Origin: Alphaproteobacteria bacterium
GTDB taxonomy: Bacteria; Pseudomonadota; Alphaproteobacteria; GCA-2731375
Length of the DNA stretch: 64,000 bases
Assembly (NCBI GenBank): GCA_965238305.1
Contig: CBDEHK010000001.1
Coordinates: 335,816-399,815, forward strand
Direction: 5' to 3'
Made by a program: the position numbers and the translations under genes. This document shows positions 9,678-20,613 of this stretch, one piece after another (the first letter of the stretch is position 1; each line of letters starts with the position of its first letter). Under the pieces are notes generated by a model. That model was not told where the DNA came from, did no database searches, and saw only the letters and a list, made by a program, of their open reading frames with translations.

Positions 9678-11441
9678 CGACACATAACCCCCATGTTCCC
9701 GATCCCAGACAAATAACGGGTCTGTCACTCGGTTTAGATCATAGCCTTCTTCGATCATTTTCACTTTGCTTTGCTTGAAGGTGCCGGTGACGTCGATTTC
9801 CGTCACCAAACGAAGAAACACTGGTCGGGCATAGCTTGGCAAGGCCTGCACCACGGCCCGACTGACTCCGCTTAAGGTAAAGTCGTCGTCGACAACAAGC
9901 GTCGCCATGCCGGCGCGGCCTTCATGTCCCGGCACTCCTACGCCATACACGCTTGCTTCCAAAATGCCAGCGATCCCGGCCAGGGTATCGGCGACTTCCG
10001 CGGTTGAAACATTTTCGCTTTTCCAGCGGTAGGTATCGCCACTCCGATCGACGAAAAAGATAAACCCGGCCTCGTCAAAGCGAAACAAATCGCCGGTGCG
10101 AAACCAGGCATCGCCGTCAACGAACAAATCCCTGAGGACTTTCGTCTCTGTTGCCTTTGGATCGGAATAACCTTCGAAACGCCGCCCGGCATTGTCGGAC
10201 GCGTGACCGATCAGACCAACCGCTTCCCCGATGTCGCCAATACCGCAAGCAACCCCGCGCCCGGCCTCATCCCGCAGCACCTCGCCGCTATCCGGGTCGT
10301 GTCTTATCAACCGAATTGATCCGGTATTTTTGGTGAGTTTTGGCAAATAACCACAAGCGCCAATTTTTCCTTCCATGTTCGACATCGAGACATTGCCTTC
10401 GGTCGAACCAAAAAATTCCAGCACCCACGGGATGTCAAAACGGTCCTGGAAGGCCTGCCAGATGTCGGGCCGCAACCCGGCGCCACAAAAAGCGCGGATA
10501 TGATGGCCCCGTTCCCTTGGATGGGCCGGCGCATTCATCAGATAGCGACAAATCTCACCAACATATTCGATTAGGGTGATGTCATGTTCGGCCACAAGAT
10601 CCCAAAACTTCGTCGCTGAAAACCGCTTCTCAATCACCAACATGCCGCCGGGCGCCAGCGCCAGAACCGGGGCGCAGATACCGCCGGAACCATGATACAT
10701 TGGCAGGACACAAAGCACCCGATCGTCAGCGGTCGCCGCAACCGCACCGACAATACCGATCCCCATGGTCAAAACCCGGCGATGGGTCATGCGGGCGGCT
10801 TTTGGCCATCCGGTGGTGCCGCTGGTGTAGATATAAAGCGCGACTTCGTCGATATCACCGCGCCGCCGCAGCGCCGTTGGCAACGGTCCCGCTTCGTAGC
10901 TTAGGAAAAGATCGTCGAACTGTCCCCAAACCCAAAGCGTTCGGTCCCCCTGTGGCTGCCGGGCGTACGCAGGTGAAGCGATAAGATGTTTGGCACCGGC
11001 CACATCCATTGCATGTTTCAGCGCTGCGCCGGTCAGGTTTGTATTGATCAACACGCCAATTGCGCCGATGCGATTGAAGCCGTTCCAAGCCGCAAGATAG
11101 CCGGCACTATTTTCCATCATGATGGCGACACGGTCGCCGGGTTTTATCCCCTGCGCCAGTGCCCAGCGGGCAAAACGGTTTATCATGCCGTCAAAAGCGG
11201 CGTAACTAAGACACGCTTCGCCACATATCACCGCAATTTTATCTGGCTTGTCCTGTGCGTGCGCTTCGATCAGGTCAGCGAATATCCGCCTTGGCTGATC
11301 CCGAACTTCTTTCAAGGCGCGGGCCGCACCGGCACGGGCGGCGGCTCCCTTGGCGATATCAAGTCGTTCCGACACTGCGCTAGCGGCCTTGCCAAACCGG
11401 TGGGCGTTTTTCGATAAAGGCACGGATGCCTTCCTTGGCAT
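9636..11441 (-). CDS. Long-chain acyl-CoA synthetase / fatty-acid transport protein (FATP) family AMP-binding enzyme
   Basis: AMP-binding P-loop YIYTSGTTGWPKAA, plus TGDLFRFDEAGFIFFVDRSGDTYRWKSENV. The start is uncertain: ATG 11441 overlaps the upstream crotonase gene by about 60 nt, and an in-frame GTG at 11375 would remove the overlap. Confidence 0.85.
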   Translation of the reverse strand: MPRKASVPLSKNAHRFGKAASAVSERLDIAKGAAARAGAARALKEVRDQPRRIFADLIEAHAQDKPDKIAVICGEACLSYAAFDGMINRFARWALAQGIKPGDRVAIMMENSAGYLAAWNGFNRIGAIGVLINTNLTGAALKHAMDVAGAKHLIASPAYARQPQGDRTLWVWGQFDDLFLSYEAGPLPTALRRRGDIDEVALYIYTSGTTGWPKAARMTHRRVLTMGIGIVGAVAATADDRVLCVLPMYHGSGGICAPVLALAPGGMLVIEKRFSATKFWDLVAEHDITLIEYVGEICRYLMNAPAHPRERGHHIRAFCGAGLRPDIWQAFQDRFDIPWVLEFFGSTEGNVSMSNMEGKIGACGYLPKLTKNTGSIRLIRHDPDSGEVLRDEAGRGVACGIGDIGEAVGLIGHASDNAGRRFEGYSDPKATETKVLRDLFVDGDAWFRTGDLFRFDEAGFIFFVDRSGDTYRWKSENVSTAEVADTLAGIAGILEASVYGVGVPGHEGRAGMATLVVDDDFTLSGVSRAVVQALPSYARPVFLRLVTEIDVTGTFKQSKVKMIEEGYDLNRVTDPLFVWDREHGGYVSLTAQLSDGLQQSL

Positions 11442-12156
11442 CGTCGCTTTGCATCATTTTGTTGTTGGCCTGGAACCCGGCTTGCCAAAGTTCGGCGTCC
11501 TGTTGGCTGAGGGTGTGCCGCGCCAACGCCATATTCACCTGAACCGCCAGGGGCGCGTTGGCGGCAATATCCCGCGCCAGTTTGCGGGCTTCAGGCAGCA
11601 CTTGATCCGGTGCAACAATGCGATTGACGATGCCCCAGTCTTTTGCCTGCTGGGCGTCAATCGAGATCCCGGTCAACAACAATTCCATAGTTCGATTGAG
11701 ACCGATCAGGCGCGGCAAATGGATCAGCGCCCCGCCCGAGGCGATGACACAGCGTTTTACTTCCGGCAGGCTAAAAGTCGCACCTTCGGGGGCAACAATC
11801 ATGTCGCAGGCGAGTGCGATCTCAAAACCACCGGCCAAAGCCGGGCCGTTCACTGCGGCGATCAATGGTTTTTTACGCTGCCGCCGGATCAAGCCAGCAA
11901 AACCGCCGTTGGCCCTGATGATGCCAGATTTATGGCCCGCCTCTAAAGCCAATTCGACCGCCTTCAAATCTGCGCCGGTGCCGAAATAATCTCCTGTGGC
12001 CGTGATAATTGCGCACCAGATAGCTGGATCATTATCAATCGTTTCGAACGCATCCTCCAACGCCGCTGACGTTTCACCGTCGATGGCGTTGCGTTGATCG
12101 GGACGGTCGATGGTGACCAAAGCAACCCGGTCGTCAATCTCGAAATGAACGCTCAT
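11380..12156 (-). CDS. Enoyl-CoA hydratase/isomerase (crotonase) family protein
   Basis: 258-aa ORF with a crotonase oxyanion-hole region ([19 protein letters not shown]) and [10 protein letters not shown] near the C-terminus. Confidence 0.88.
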   Translation of the reverse strand: MSVHFEIDDRVALVTIDRPDQRNAIDGETSAALEDAFETIDNDPAIWCAIITATGDYFGTGADLKAVELALEAGHKSGIIRANGGFAGLIRRQRKKPLIAAVNGPALAGGFEIALACDMIVAPEGATFSLPEVKRCVIASGGALIHLPRLIGLNRTMELLLTGISIDAQQAKDWGIVNRIVAPDQVLPEARKLARDIAANAPLAVQVNMALARHTLSQQDAELWQAGFQANNKMMQSDDAKEGIRAFIEKRPPVWQGR

Positions 12157-14879
12157 GGGTCATCTTTCTCCGTCAGGATTTTTCGCAAGCGGTAGAGCGC
12201 TTCCAGTGCTTGCCGAGGGCTTAACTCATCTGGACGAATGTCCCCGAGCGCCGCTTCGACCAAAGAAGGCTCATTGTTTTTCGTGCCGACGGAAGCCGGT
12301 CGACTGGCGGCAAAGAGCGGTAGATCATCGGCGAGTTTGGTTGCCGGCGAAGATTTTTCCCCCTCACTCGATTCGAGGGCCCTTAGAACTTCAGTGGCGC
12401 GCGTGATCACAGCCTCCGGCAGGCCGGCCAGTTTGGCAACTTGGATACCGTAAGAGCGGTCCGCCGCGCCGGTGCCGACTTCATGCAGAAAAACCACATC
12501 GCCTTTCCATTCTTTGACCCGCATGGTGACATTGCTGAGCGCGTCAAGTTTTGAAGAAAGCGCCGTCAGTTCATGATAATGCGTGGCGAACAAGGCGCGG
12601 CACTTGTTCACTTCGTGGAGATGTTCGACCGCCGCCCAGGCGATCGACAGGCCATCGAAGGTGGCGGTGCCGCGACCGATTTCGTCCAAAATGACCAATG
12701 CGCGAGGGCCCGCTTGATGCAAGATCGCCCCAGCCTCAACCATCTCGACCATGAAAGTCGAGCGTCCGCGCGCCAAATCGTCCGCCGCGCCGACGCGGCT
12801 GAACAGGCGATCGACGATGCCAATTCGCGCCGCCGTGGCCGGAACAAAGGCGCCCATTTGCGCCATGATCGCGATCAGCGCATTTTGCCGCAGAAAAGTA
12901 CTCTTACCGGCCATATTGGGCCCGGTGACCAGCCAGATCCGCTGATCGGTATCGAGGTTGCAATCATTCTCGACAAAACTGCCTTCATTGCGTGCTGCCA
13001 ATGCCGCTTCAACCACGGGATGACGCCCACCAACAATTTCGAAGGCATGACTGTCATCCACTTTGGCGCGTATATAGCGATTTTTGACGGCCAGATGAGC
13101 GTTCGCCGTCGCCACGTCGAATGAAGCTATGGACTGTGCGGCGGTAGAAATCGTTTCCGCCTGGAGCAGAATTTCGCGGCGCAAATTTTCGAAAATTTCC
13201 AGCTCCAAAGCCAAGGCATTGTCTGCGGCCTGGCCGATTTTGCGTTCAAGTTCGCCTAACTCAACGGTGGTGAAGCGCACCGCATTGGCCATGGTCTGGC
13301 GGTGAATGAAAGTTTCATTGAGCGGTGCTTGCATCATGTCATCGCCGCGCCTAGCCGTCACTTCGATGAAATAACCCAAGACGTTATTATGCTTGATCTT
13401 TAGATTGTCGATCCCGGCGAGCTGACTATATTTCTGCTGCAAAGCGGCGATCAAGCGGCGGCTTTCATCGCGCAAGCCGCGAATTTCATCTAGTGCGGCA
13501 TGGAAACCGGTGGCCACAAAACCACCATCGCGGGCCAGCAAAGGTAGCTCCGGAGCCAAGGCGTGTTTCAAGCGGTCAACCAAACCTGCATGCTGGCCCA
13601 AAGCCATAAGATCCACATCAACGCCATCCGGCGGCGCTGTCAAAGCACTGCCGTCAAACAAACGGCGAAGGGCCGAGGTTGCAGCCATACCATCGCGGAT
13701 CGCGGCCAAATCTCGCGGTCCACCGCGTTCCAGGCTGAGGCGGCCGAGGGAGCGTTCGATATCCGGCACGCCGCGCAAGATGGCACGAATATCGTCACGC
13801 TGCCGCATGTCCTGAACAAAATAATCAACCATATCGAGGCGACGGTTGATCGCTGTCGGTTGCGTCAGGGGTGCCGACAGGCGTCCGACCAAAAGACGGG
13901 CGCCAGCGCCGGTAATCGTTGCATCAATTACGCTACGCAGACTGCCTTTGCTTTCGCCGGACAAAGTCGTCAGCAATTCCAAGTTCCGCCGGGTCGCTGG
14001 ATCAATCGTCATGACCAGATCGTTGCGTTGCTGCTTCGGTGCTTTCAGGCGCGGCAATTTGCCTTTCTGGGTATCGGCCACGTAAGCCAACAGTCCACCG
14101 CAAGCGGCCAGCTCCGCCCGACTAAAATCACCAAATGCCTCCAGCGCCGCCACCTGAAAGAGGTCCCGCAGGCGCCGCGCGCCGCGCTGACTATCAAACA
14201 GTCCATCCACTTCGATGGTAACACAATCCCCTAAATCGTCCCTTAAATCCTTCAATTCATCAGCGGTGGCCAAATTTTCCGAAATCAGCAATTCGCCCGG
14301 ATCAAGGCGTGCAACATCCGCTGCCAATTGCCCAAATCCGGTCAAGCAAACGGAAAAGTCGCCGGTTGAAATATCCAACCAGGCCAGCGCAAAGCGGCCT
14401 TCTGCCTGCGCCAACGTGGCCAGAAAATTGTTCGCCCGCGCATCCAACAAAGTCTCTTCAGTCAAGGTGCCGGGGGTAACCAAGCGCACAACATCCCGCG
14501 CGACGACGGATTTGTTGCCGCGTTTTTTCGCTTCCGCTGGATTTTCGGTCTGTTCGCAAACCGCAACTTTGAAACCGGATCTAATCAGGCGGGCCAAATA
14601 ACCATCGGCCGAATGCACTGGCACGCCGCACATAGGGATATCTTCACCCTGATGTTTGCCGCGTTTGGTCAACGTAATATCCAGCGCTTTCGACGCTTTA
14701 ACCGCGTCATCGAAAAAGAGTTCGTAAAAATCGCCCATGCGATAAAACAACAGACTATCGGGATGATCCGCCTTGATCGCCAAAAATTGCGCCATCATGG
14801 GCGTGACATCACTGTTTTTAGCCGGTGCGGCCATCGCTATATCGTCCAACAAAGAATCTACTCGCCCCTTGTATGCCAT
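12153..14879 (-). CDS. mutS: DNA mismatch repair protein MutS
   Basis: 908-aa ORF with an N-terminal mismatch-binding region ([30 protein letters not shown]), Walker A ([13 protein letters not shown]) and STFMVEM. Confidence 0.96.
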   Translation of the reverse strand: MAYKGRVDSLLDDIAMAAPAKNSDVTPMMAQFLAIKADHPDSLLFYRMGDFYELFFDDAVKASKALDITLTKRGKHQGEDIPMCGVPVHSADGYLARLIRSGFKVAVCEQTENPAEAKKRGNKSVVARDVVRLVTPGTLTEETLLDARANNFLATLAQAEGRFALAWLDISTGDFSVCLTGFGQLAADVARLDPGELLISENLATADELKDLRDDLGDCVTIEVDGLFDSQRGARRLRDLFQVAALEAFGDFSRAELAACGGLLAYVADTQKGKLPRLKAPKQQRNDLVMTIDPATRRNLELLTTLSGESKGSLRSVIDATITGAGARLLVGRLSAPLTQPTAINRRLDMVDYFVQDMRQRDDIRAILRGVPDIERSLGRLSLERGGPRDLAAIRDGMAATSALRRLFDGSALTAPPDGVDVDLMALGQHAGLVDRLKHALAPELPLLARDGGFVATGFHAALDEIRGLRDESRRLIAALQQKYSQLAGIDNLKIKHNNVLGYFIEVTARRGDDMMQAPLNETFIHRQTMANAVRFTTVELGELERKIGQAADNALALELEIFENLRREILLQAETISTAAQSIASFDVATANAHLAVKNRYIRAKVDDSHAFEIVGGRHPVVEAALAARNEGSFVENDCNLDTDQRIWLVTGPNMAGKSTFLRQNALIAIMAQMGAFVPATAARIGIVDRLFSRVGAADDLARGRSTFMVEMVEAGAILHQAGPRALVILDEIGRGTATFDGLSIAWAAVEHLHEVNKCRALFATHYHELTALSSKLDALSNVTMRVKEWKGDVVFLHEVGTGAADRSYGIQVAKLAGLPEAVITRATEVLRALESSEGEKSSPATKLADDLPLFAASRPASVGTKNNEPSLVEAALGDIRPDELSPRQALEALYRLRKILTEKDDP

Positions 14880-14977
14880 GGCCGCTGGCTTTTCGGCAAT
14901 GCAGGCTTGCCCTTTTCCCTGCAGTATGGCTTAACCGCTGTTTCCTACCGGATTTGGCGTGAAACGAGCAGAAGAAA

Positions 14978-17233
14978 ATGGACAATACCTACAAAAATGA
15001 AGAAGCCCTGCGCTTTCACACGCAAGGCCGTCCCGGCAAGCTGGAAATGGTGCCTACAAAGCCGATGGCAACCCAACGGGATCTGAGTTTAGCGTATTCT
15101 CCCGGCGTCGCCGCGCCCTGTCTTGAAATCGAAAAAGACCCCAGCAAGGCCTATGACTATACCTCCAAAGGCAATCTGGTTGCGGTCATTTCCAATGGCA
15201 CCGCCGTCCTAGGTCTCGGAAATCTAGGGCCCCTCGGCGCCAAACCAGTGATGGAGGGGAAGGCCGTTCTGTTCAAACGTTTCGCTGACGTCGATTCCAT
15301 CGATCTGGAACTCGATACCGAAGACGTTGATGAATTTGTCAATTGTGTTCGTTTTTTAGGGCCCGCCTTCGGTGGCATCAATCTGGAAGATATCAAAGCG
15401 CCTGAATGTTTCATTATCGAACAGCGCCTGCGCGAAATGATGGATATTCCGGTATTTCACGACGACCAACACGGTACCGCGATTATTGCAGCGGCCGGTC
15501 TGATCAATGCCTGTCATTTGACCGGGCGCAATCTCGAGGATGCCCGGGTTGTCGTCAATGGCGCCGGCGCCGCTGGCGTGGCCTGCACGGAACTGATGAA
15601 AGCAATGGGCCTTCGAAGCGACAACGTAATAATGTGCGATACCCGCGGCGTCATTTATCAAGGCCGCGAGGACGGCATGAACCAGTGGAAATCGGCCCAC
15701 GCCGCCAGCACCGACCTGCGCACCTTGGAAGATGCGATGCGGGGCGCCGACGCCTTTTTTGGGCTTTCCGTCAAAGGCGCGGTCACACCTGAAATGGTCC
15801 GCAACATGGCCGATAACCCGATCATCTTTGCGATGGCGAATCCGGAACCGGAAGTGACACCGGAAGAAGTTGCGGAAGTGCGCGGGGACGCCATTGTCGC
15901 CACCGGGCGCTCCGACTATCCCAATCAGATCAATAATGTGCTGGGTTTCCCCTATATCTTCCGGGGCGCCCTTGATGTCCGTGCGACCACCATCAACGAA
16001 GATATGAAGATCGCCGCCGCCAACGCCCTGGCCGATCTGGCCCGCCAGGAAGTGCCGGACGAAGTTGCCGCCGCCTATGGTACTGCCGATCTGCGTTATG
16101 GGCCGAATTATATAATTCCGACCCCCTTCGATCCGCGTCTGATCAGCCACGTTCCGGCAGCGGTTGCCGATGCGGCCGTCAAAAGCGGCGTAGCGGGGCG
16201 GGAAATCCCCGATCTCGACGCTTATCAAATGGAACTGCGCGCACGCCTGGACCCGACCGCCAGCAGTTTGCAGCGGATTTTCGATCAGGTCCGGGCCCAA
16301 CCCAAACGCGTTGTGTTTGCCGAGGGCGAAGAAGAAGCGGTTCTGCGGGCGGCGTTGAGCTACCGCGATAGCGGTTATGGCGCCCCGATCCTGGTGGCCC
16401 GCGAGCGCCGGGTGAAAGAAACCATGGATCGCATGGGGATTTCAGATCTCGGCGACATTGTCATCGACAATGCCAAATTCTCCGACAGCAATGAGCGCTA
16501 TACGGATTTCCTGTATGACCGGCTGCAACGCAAAGGTTATCTGCATCGCGATTGCCAACGTTTGGTGAACCAGGATCGTAACGTCTTCGCCGCCTGCATG
16601 GTGGCGCTGGGCGACGCTGATTGCATGGTCACCGGCATGACGCGAAATTATTCCGTCGCCTTCGAAGAGGTCTCCAGGGTTTTGGATCGCCAACCGGGCA
16701 AGCGGGTATTCGGTATTTCCATCATCGTCGCCCGCGGCCGCACGGTATTTGTCGCCGATACCAACGTCCATGAGCTGCCGTCATCAGTGGAAATGGCCGA
16801 TATCGCGGCGCAGACCGCTGATGTGGCCCGCCGTTTTGGCCACGAACCGCGGGTCGCCTTGTTATCTTATTCAAATTTCGGCAATCCGACGTGGGAGACG
16901 GCTGATCGGGTCCGCGATGCGGTTTCCCTGCTCGATAGCCGGGTCACCGATTTTGAATATGACGGCGACATGTCCGCTGATACCGCCTTGAACCCGGACA
17001 TTCAGCAGCTTTACCCATTCATCCGCCTTTCGGGACCGGCGAACGTATTGATTATGCCGAACCTGCATAGCGCCAATATTTCCTCCAAGTTGCTGCAGGA
17101 ATTGGGTGGCGGCACGGTTATCGGCCCGATGCTGGTGGGGATGAGCCAGTCGGTCCAGATCGTCCCCATCGGGGCCACTGTCACCGACCTCGTCAACATG
17201 GCCGCGCTTGCCGCTCACGAAGCGGCACGGTAA
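14978..17233 (+). CDS. maeB: NADP-dependent malic enzyme with a C-terminal phosphate-acetyltransferase-like domain
   Basis: 751-aa ORF with a malic-enzyme N-terminal half (VFHDDQHGTAI, NGAGAAG) followed by a roughly 330-aa PTA-like domain. Confidence 0.93.
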   Translation: MDNTYKNEEALRFHTQGRPGKLEMVPTKPMATQRDLSLAYSPGVAAPCLEIEKDPSKAYDYTSKGNLVAVISNGTAVLGLGNLGPLGAKPVMEGKAVLFKRFADVDSIDLELDTEDVDEFVNCVRFLGPAFGGINLEDIKAPECFIIEQRLREMMDIPVFHDDQHGTAIIAAAGLINACHLTGRNLEDARVVVNGAGAAGVACTELMKAMGLRSDNVIMCDTRGVIYQGREDGMNQWKSAHAASTDLRTLEDAMRGADAFFGLSVKGAVTPEMVRNMADNPIIFAMANPEPEVTPEEVAEVRGDAIVATGRSDYPNQINNVLGFPYIFRGALDVRATTINEDMKIAAANALADLARQEVPDEVAAAYGTADLRYGPNYIIPTPFDPRLISHVPAAVADAAVKSGVAGREIPDLDAYQMELRARLDPTASSLQRIFDQVRAQPKRVVFAEGEEEAVLRAALSYRDSGYGAPILVARERRVKETMDRMGISDLGDIVIDNAKFSDSNERYTDFLYDRLQRKGYLHRDCQRLVNQDRNVFAACMVALGDADCMVTGMTRNYSVAFEEVSRVLDRQPGKRVFGISIIVARGRTVFVADTNVHELPSSVEMADIAAQTADVARRFGHEPRVALLSYSNFGNPTWETADRVRDAVSLLDSRVTDFEYDGDMSADTALNPDIQQLYPFIRLSGPANVLIMPNLHSANISSKLLQELGGGTVIGPMLVGMSQSVQIVPIGATVTDLVNMAALAAHEAAR

Positions 17234-17250
17234 CAGATTAATGTAACCCT

Positions 17251-17823
17251 ATGGGTGAGTTTCTTGAGGCCCAAACGCGGATGTGGGCTCTTGTCCAACA
17301 ATTTACTGACCAAGTCGGATATGAGCGCGGCGCAAAAGCCGCAGGGCTGTTTTCAGCCCCACCGGTGATAGATTGTTCCGGTTGGGTCGCATTCTTACTT
17401 CGCGAGGCCTTGCAAGCAGAAAATGCTGCCAGCGGAAAACGGATTTTCGATCCAACCATATTCGACGTTGAAAGCCCGTGGTCGGACCGAATCATTTTGG
17501 ACATCGAAGCGGCTGGCTCAAACGTTCTCGAAGGAGCCGAAATTACTGCCGGGAACCTTCCCCGATACGCGACAATCGGACTAAACGAAGGCCATGCCGG
17601 ATGGGAGAGCAACCGACCCCGCACCCGCGGCATCAATCACATCGTCCAAATCGTCAGGCGGCCATCGGACGATGCTGTTTTTGTCAGCGAATCATATGGC
17701 GCTGCCCCGGCCGGTATACGCATTTCCGCAATAGGTGACTGGCTTATTCGGTGGCAATCTGAAATTGCCACTGGGAACGCCTGGGCCGTAGATCCATTCG
17801 CGCCGATTAACCTGGATCATTAA
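17251..17823 (+). CDS. Hypothetical protein, possibly an NlpC/P60- or CHAP-like cysteine hydrolase
   Basis: 190-aa ORF with a DCSGWV motif resembling the catalytic-Cys context of NlpC/P60 enzymes and a later INHIVQIV histidine. The functional call is weak. Confidence 0.45.
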   Translation: MGEFLEAQTRMWALVQQFTDQVGYERGAKAAGLFSAPPVIDCSGWVAFLLREALQAENAASGKRIFDPTIFDVESPWSDRIILDIEAAGSNVLEGAEITAGNLPRYATIGLNEGHAGWESNRPRTRGINHIVQIVRRPSDDAVFVSESYGAAPAGIRISAIGDWLIRWQSEIATGNAWAVDPFAPINLDH

Positions 17824-18778
17824 CGCGCACGTCCGTGACTTGAAGGATATGGGCGACTAAATCTTTTATGAGTAACGGATTTTGCCACGCCTGCAATCCG
17901 TCAACGCGGAATATTAACGCCATGACACACCGCAAGACGACATAATAAGACAAATTTTCACGCTCCAACGGTCGCTGACTTTCATAGACAGCTATAAATC
18001 GGTCGACATAGTCATCCCAATCTATCAAATCCGTCCTGCCGTCCGGCATGGGAAAATATTTCGCTGCGAAGGTGAATGTCATCACGGTCTTGGCAATATC
18101 AAAGACCGGATCGGCAATCGCAAAACCGGACCAATCCAACAAACCAGTAACCTGGCAATTGTCATAAAGGATATTCAGTTCATGGATATCCCCGTGGCAG
18201 ACAGACAATCGAGACGGCTCGGCAGGTAGATTGTCGGTAAGCCAATCAACAATCTCTATAAGCCAAGGCATTTTCTTCGATTTCTCCGCGATCCAGTCGA
18301 ACCGATCCGCCAGTCGATATCCACTGATCCCCTTGTCGATTAGAATTCTGTTGAGGGCGCTTGGGTCGACGTCATGAAGACCGGCTTGCGTTTCACCCAG
18401 CACTTCTGGACTGGGACCCGGTAAAGCGGTCAGCAGTTGCTGCCCCGGCAAATAATCCATAATGAAAAAGGCACCGCCCAGGATCGATTGATCGGTCGAG
18501 ACAAAATGCACTTTGGCAACCGGCGGGCCTTGTCCTAAAAGCGCGTTTTGCACAACGCTTTCGATGACCGCGCTGTTAGAACCGGGTGGATAAAGACGTA
18601 GGACCAATGGTATCGCATATTCCGCCGGCGCGTCGCGCAAGCAGAAACGATAAATCGACGTATGAAATCCGCCTAACAAAGGGGTAAATGGCGCCGATAT
18701 CTGCACATTCGGATTGTTGAGTTGACAACGCAGATAAGAAAGCAATTTGTCCGATATTTCGGAATGTGATGAGGTCAT
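17807..18778 (-). CDS. Aminoglycoside-phosphotransferase (APH)/choline-kinase-like phosphotransferase family protein
   Basis: Kinase catalytic loop VCHGDIHELNIL and a Mg-binding DWSGFAIADPVFD motif. I chose the ATG at 18778; the longest ORF starts at a TTG at 18799. Confidence 0.8.
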   Translation of the reverse strand: MTSSHSEISDKLLSYLRCQLNNPNVQISAPFTPLLGGFHTSIYRFCLRDAPAEYAIPLVLRLYPPGSNSAVIESVVQNALLGQGPPVAKVHFVSTDQSILGGAFFIMDYLPGQQLLTALPGPSPEVLGETQAGLHDVDPSALNRILIDKGISGYRLADRFDWIAEKSKKMPWLIEIVDWLTDNLPAEPSRLSVCHGDIHELNILYDNCQVTGLLDWSGFAIADPVFDIAKTVMTFTFAAKYFPMPDGRTDLIDWDDYVDRFIAVYESQRPLERENLSYYVVLRCVMALIFRVDGLQAWQNPLLIKDLVAHILQVTDVRVNDPG

Positions 18779-19033
18779 GATAATACCCAGTAACGGCAAA
18801 CAAAAGCGATGCGCGCTTCACGGAAGTGAAGTTCGCAACAGTTGTGTCTATTCGCGCTACTGAACTATCATCGTATTCCCATTGATAATTCCTGACAGGG
18901 ACCGCCAGGATAACCGAAGATGGTGACGTGTCAAATGCTGATACAATCGATTGTAACGTACACAGGCACTATTGCGGATGCGACAATCATGTGTCGTGTT
19001 CCCCAGCGCACAAATTGACGAGACAGCGAAGAA

Positions 19034-20527
19034 ATGCAGATCGTAAAACAGTACAGCATAACTTTTTCTTTTTGCCTTTTTGTGCTGGCAGTATTTTTTA
19101 GCGTTTTTCCGATCGATTTCCTCAATCACGATACCGCCTGGTTTAGTTATATGGGGCGACGGATTTTGGACGGTGCCATTCCCTATGTCGAGATTGTCGA
19201 CCCGAATGCACCGCTCGCTTGGCTGAGCTTGCTGCCCGCGACATTAATTCAGAGAATGACCGGTTGGCAGTTACCGACTTCGGTGACGATTTGGGTGCTG
19301 GGGATTGCCGCCTGGAGCATCCTAATATCTAGTGTGGCGCTGCGCCGATTTGCGCTCGGTCCAGTACGACGATCGCTCATTATTGCAGCATTTTTGTTTA
19401 TCGCAACGGTCATCGCCGGTTACGATTTTGGCCAGCGTGAACATTTGTTTTTTGTATTGGTCACGCCTTATGTTCTTGCCGTCGCACTGCGGGGATCAGC
19501 AGGTCAATTGGGGCCTGTATTTGCCGTTATGGTTGGTGTTTCCGCCGCCCTAGGGGTCGGGATCAAACCGCCCTTGATCTTTGTTATCGCGGCCCTTGAA
19601 GTTGCTTCATTATGGTGGAGCCGGCGAATTCTATTCTCTGAACTGATCGCTCTTGTTGTCACTTTAATTAGTTATGTCGGGGCCACGTTCATCTTTTTTC
19701 CTGCCTATTTTGAACTGTTCGACGAAAGGTTGGTGAAGCTCTACCTGCACTACAACGTTCCGCCGGCGGGGATTAACCCGATCCTGCTCTATGTTGCCCT
19801 GGGCTGCTTGCCACTGTTGTTTCGAAATCCGGACTTGCCCGTGCCGCTCAATCGAGCGCGCTGGGCTTTTGCGATTGCAGCACTTGGCGCCTATGGCGGC
19901 TACTTTATCCAACAGAAAGGTTGGTATTATCAGGCGACGCCGGCGCTCTACTTCTCTATTTTGGTCGCGGCAATCAGCGCCGTCGCGCTCGTATCGACCA
20001 CTTGGCAGGGTATTGTTGCCGCCCTGACCGGTATAGCGGTCTGTTTACCCCTCACTTACTTCAGCCTAACCGCAAAAGCCGCCCGCCCTGATGAAATAGC
20101 GGCCGAACTCAAATCGGCGGTAGCCAAAAGCGCGGGTCCGTATCTTGCATTGTCGACCAGCACCCATGCCGGCTTCCCAATGGCCGCCTTGCACGCAGAA
20201 GGCTGGGGCTATCGTTATCCAACACTCATTTTTCTTCCGGGCCTGGTGCAGGTGTCGAAGGCGAATGGCGGCATCGTCCCCAAGCAATACCAAGACTTGG
20301 AACAGAAATTTCGTAACGATATTGTCACCGATATTCGTCATTATAATCCGGCCACGATTGTCGTTCGACGTCGCGGTGATCAATCGCTGCCCAAGGATTT
20401 CAATGTCCTTGACTGGCTTATGCAAGACTTGGAATTTGTTGCTGTGCTTGACACTTATCAAGAAAAAACCGGCACCAAAAATTACCGGATCTTCGAACGT
20501 AATAACTCGGCATTGAGGTCTGACTAA
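19034..20527 (+). CDS. Polytopic membrane protein, GT-C-fold glycosyltransferase-like (ArnT/PMT_2-like)
   Basis: 497-aa ORF with many hydrophobic helices. The first loop (HDTAWFSYMGRRILDGAIPYVEIVDPNAPL) resembles the conserved periplasmic loop of GT39/GT83 enzymes. The gene is visibly more AT-rich than the flanking core genes. Confidence 0.6.
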   Translation: MQIVKQYSITFSFCLFVLAVFFSVFPIDFLNHDTAWFSYMGRRILDGAIPYVEIVDPNAPLAWLSLLPATLIQRMTGWQLPTSVTIWVLGIAAWSILISSVALRRFALGPVRRSLIIAAFLFIATVIAGYDFGQREHLFFVLVTPYVLAVALRGSAGQLGPVFAVMVGVSAALGVGIKPPLIFVIAALEVASLWWSRRILFSELIALVVTLISYVGATFIFFPAYFELFDERLVKLYLHYNVPPAGINPILLYVALGCLPLLFRNPDLPVPLNRARWAFAIAALGAYGGYFIQQKGWYYQATPALYFSILVAAISAVALVSTTWQGIVAALTGIAVCLPLTYFSLTAKAARPDEIAAELKSAVAKSAGPYLALSTSTHAGFPMAALHAEGWGYRYPTLIFLPGLVQVSKANGGIVPKQYQDLEQKFRNDIVTDIRHYNPATIVVRRRGDQSLPKDFNVLDWLMQDLEFVAVLDTYQEKTGTKNYRIFERNNSALRSD

Positions 20528-20613
20528 TAGGTATGGAACCCGATCGACAGGTTCTACTATGGCTCCGATAGTCCCGTTTTGTTAGCGACGTTTTTCAGGG
20601 GAGTCGCAGAATG

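Noticed and set aside
15356-16300. 314-aa antisense ORF inside maeB. Similar long antisense ORFs occur at 22597-23634, 25046-25801, 25946-26623, 36245-36979, 45931-46701, 50789-51691 and 56511-57455.
   Set aside because: Each lies fully within a strongly supported gene on the opposite strand and has no recognisable motifs. This is the typical stop-poor antisense frame of moderately GC-rich coding DNA.
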